The position numbers were made by a program, and so were the translations under genes. From a bacterium CG10_46_32 (lineage in GTDB: Bacteria; Patescibacteriota; Patescibacteriia; UBA2169), in the NCBI GenBank assembly GCA_001889965.1, contig MOEI01000012.1, positions 1,170 to 65,169 of the forward strand: a DNA stretch of 64,000 nt. The letters are read 5' to 3'. This document shows positions 62,344-64,000 of this stretch, piece by piece. A model generated the notes under the pieces. It made no database searches. It had not been told where the DNA came from and worked only from the letters and a program-made list of their open reading frames with translations. How positions within the stretch are numbered: position 1 is the first letter of the stretch; the number at the start of each line of letters is the position of its first letter.

Positions 62344-63193
62344 GGATCCTTGGGCACAGGCGCTGCTTGCGCACATGCCGCGAGAAACCAATGCTAAAAC
62401 CATACTGATTGTTGGCGCGCAAATGCAAATTTTTGCCACATTCTTTTTTTGGCTTGCGCGGTTCCGAGTACTCTGGCTTGCCAGCCATAATGAATATAAT
62501 AATCAAACCAAAACTCTCATGAGAATCATGAGTCGTTTTGCAGAAACCATACTTGCCCCGAACCAAGCAACAGAAGCTCTCTATTTAAAAGCTGGGGTGC
62601 CAGGAAAAAAACTCGTCCTCATATATCCTTCCTGCAAATCAAAACTAGGTATACGCTCGCCGAATTCTGCATTTATTATTGGGTGTGATGGAGAAATTGG
62701 TATTGAGCACGGCTTAGGCATAATCCTTCGAAGCGTAAAAAATGCGCAAGATATTCTAGGAACTATCAAATTGATTATTAGTGGAAACGTAACAGAAAAA
62801 AACCAAATTGAATGGCTTAGTCAAGAACTTGGAATTTCAAACAGAGTGCAGGTCGCCCCATCAAAAGGCCAAGGATGGATGGCGCCGTGCCACTTGTTTT
62901 TGGTTATCCGTCAGCGCCCTTCCGCGCTTCCGCTTTCTCTGGCAGCCGCTCTTAGCCATGGCTTACCAATAGTCGCGAATGACATGCTCAACCATCGCGA
63001 ATTTATTCAGCACAACAAAAACGGCATTCTCTTAAAAGACATTAATAGCGACATACTTTCGCAAACTATTATCAACCTCAGCCGCAAACCTGAATGGATG
63101 GATGAACTGGGACGCGAATCCAGCCGCTTCGCCGAAGAGCGATTCAGCCCCGAAACAACTCAAGAAAAAATACAAGCGGTGTTCCTGCATTAG
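62315..63193 (+). CDS. glycosyltransferase (GT-B, family 1/4-like)
   Basis: C-terminal half: PLSLAAALSHGLPIVANDMLNHREFIQHNKNGILL (EX7E-type region). It overlaps the flippase gene by 29 nt. Confidence 0.7.
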   Translation: MKLHSIGTTKDPWAQALLAHMPRETNAKTILIVGAQMQIFATFFFWLARFRVLWLASHNEYNNQTKTLMRIMSRFAETILAPNQATEALYLKAGVPGKKLVLIYPSCKSKLGIRSPNSAFIIGCDGEIGIEHGLGIILRSVKNAQDILGTIKLIISGNVTEKNQIEWLSQELGISNRVQVAPSKGQGWMAPCHLFLVIRQRPSALPLSLAAALSHGLPIVANDMLNHREFIQHNKNGILLKDINSDILSQTIINLSRKPEWMDELGRESSRFAEERFSPETTQEKIQAVFLH

Positions 63194-63227
63194 GATAACC
63201 GCTCGTATTAGATTAGTTAGATTTAGA

Positions 63228-64000
63228 TTATTCTACTAACGATTCTTCGGTGTTTGCATCTGTGGCCGGTTCAACCGATTCTGCGGGAAGTGTTTCTTCG
63301 GCCACAGGCTGATCGAGTAAAATCGGACCACCGCTATTATCCCGCACTAAGAGTTCCTGAGCGAGCGGAATGATAATTGGCCGCTTTTGGTAGTAGGGAA
63401 CTTCTTTTGGCGCGGAAACTACTGGGAACGAAAGCGCAGGTACAAGCAATTCCTGGCTCACACCGCTCTGGTAATTCCATTGACGCATAAGGATGCGCTC
63501 CGGCGTACCTAGTTTAATTTCTAAGGCATTGCGGGCCGGTACCAAATACCCATACAAACCGCCGGATTCCGCAATTTTGATGATATAATCAGCATCGGTT
63601 TCCGCAGTATATGCCGAACTCTCATACTGCTGACTAAAAAGCCCCGATAAACCTACCACACGACTGAAGCGAATGTTCACATTTACAATCAACCCCGCGA
63701 CATCTCCGCCTTGCTCATACACAGCCTCACCATTCACCATGAGTGGATATTTAACTTGTAGCATATCTGGGATGTACAGCTCTGTTGCTTCGCCTTGGTC
63801 GTAGTACACGCGCCAGGTTTTATCCACAAATGGCTCTCCGTACACATCTGTTCCTATGCCATGGTCGCTCAAAAATGAATGTGCGATACGTATCAATTTT
63901 CCATCCTGCGGAATATCAGACTCGGAAAGCTTATACTTGTCGGAGCAAGCCTGGTCGCGACACTCTTCGCCCGGGTGCGGCCAACGCTGCCAGTTTTCAT
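63228..64000 (-). CDS. hypothetical protein, N-terminus outside the window
   Basis: The track ORF starts at the TTG at 63896, but the frame stays open upstream to position 64000 (..ENWQRWPHPGEECRDQACSDKYKLSESDIPQDGK-LIRIAHSF..). The gene therefore probably continues beyond the window. Confidence 0.5.
   Translation of the reverse strand, partial: ENWQRWPHPGEECRDQACSDKYKLSESDIPQDGKLIRIAHSFLSDHGIGTDVYGEPFVDKTWRVYYDQGEATELYIPDMLQVKYPLMVNGEAVYEQGGDVAGLIVNVNIRFSRVVGLSGLFSQQYESSAYTAETDADYIIKIAESGGLYGYLVPARNALEIKLGTPERILMRQWNYQSGVSQELLVPALSFPVVSAPKEVPYYQKRPIIIPLAQELLVRDNSGGPILLDQPVAEETLPAESVEPATDANTEESLVE

Noticed and set aside
1-64000. CRISPR arrays, rRNA genes, transposases/integrases, prophage structural genes
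   Set aside because: I saw no regularly spaced short direct repeats, no rRNA-like conserved blocks, and no DDE/tyrosine/serine recombinase motifs in any ORF of the track.

Overview
This 64-kb window looks like part of a small, gene-dense, moderately AT-rich bacterial chromosome. The gene content includes rny, clpP, infB, greA, polA, holA, recA, ftsK, argS, ychF, rpsT and rpsF-ssb-rpsR with no rplI after it. It also has several L,D-transpeptidases, PilT and many small lineage-specific membrane proteins. This suggests a Candidate Phyla Radiation / Patescibacteria-type genome, but that is inference only because no search was possible. I saw no rRNA, CRISPR array, transposase or integrase. Four tRNA genes are present. 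Accessory content is concentrated in four places. (1, 2) There are two paralogous diversity-generating retroelements, DGR-1 at about 28.2-30.75 kb and DGR-2 at about 58.2-60.7 kb. Each has an RT, an Avd, a TR and a C-terminal VR that differs from the TR almost only at TR adenines. Both share an atypical layout: avd is inverted, the TR is bracketed by terminator-like hairpins, and a 10-11 nt poly(C:G) tract sits at the divergent RT/avd start region. RT-1 is in one open frame with holA. (3) A low-GC array at 14.7-21.2 kb starts with a roughly 1223-aa secreted beta-helix / LCAT-like lipase protein ending in a tandem-repeat C-terminal domain. That gene is followed by a small 3-TM protein, then by two 5'-truncated orphan copies of the C-terminal domain, each with its own divergent small 3-TM protein. 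The junctions carry scars made of duplicated smr 5' ends. (4) A 2.2-kb AT-rich islet at 8.9-11.2 kb is bounded by direct copies of a 32-nt hairpin. It holds decayed genes: a frameshifted mazF coupled to a LexA-like gene, wHTH fragments, and a RadC/ADP-ribosylglycohydrolase chimera. In addition, three copies of a conserved element of about 135 nt abut tRNA genes. An ORF-free, terminator-ended region of about 300 nt after ychF may encode an unclassified RNA. All family calls come from motif recognition by eye, with no database, folding or statistics tools.
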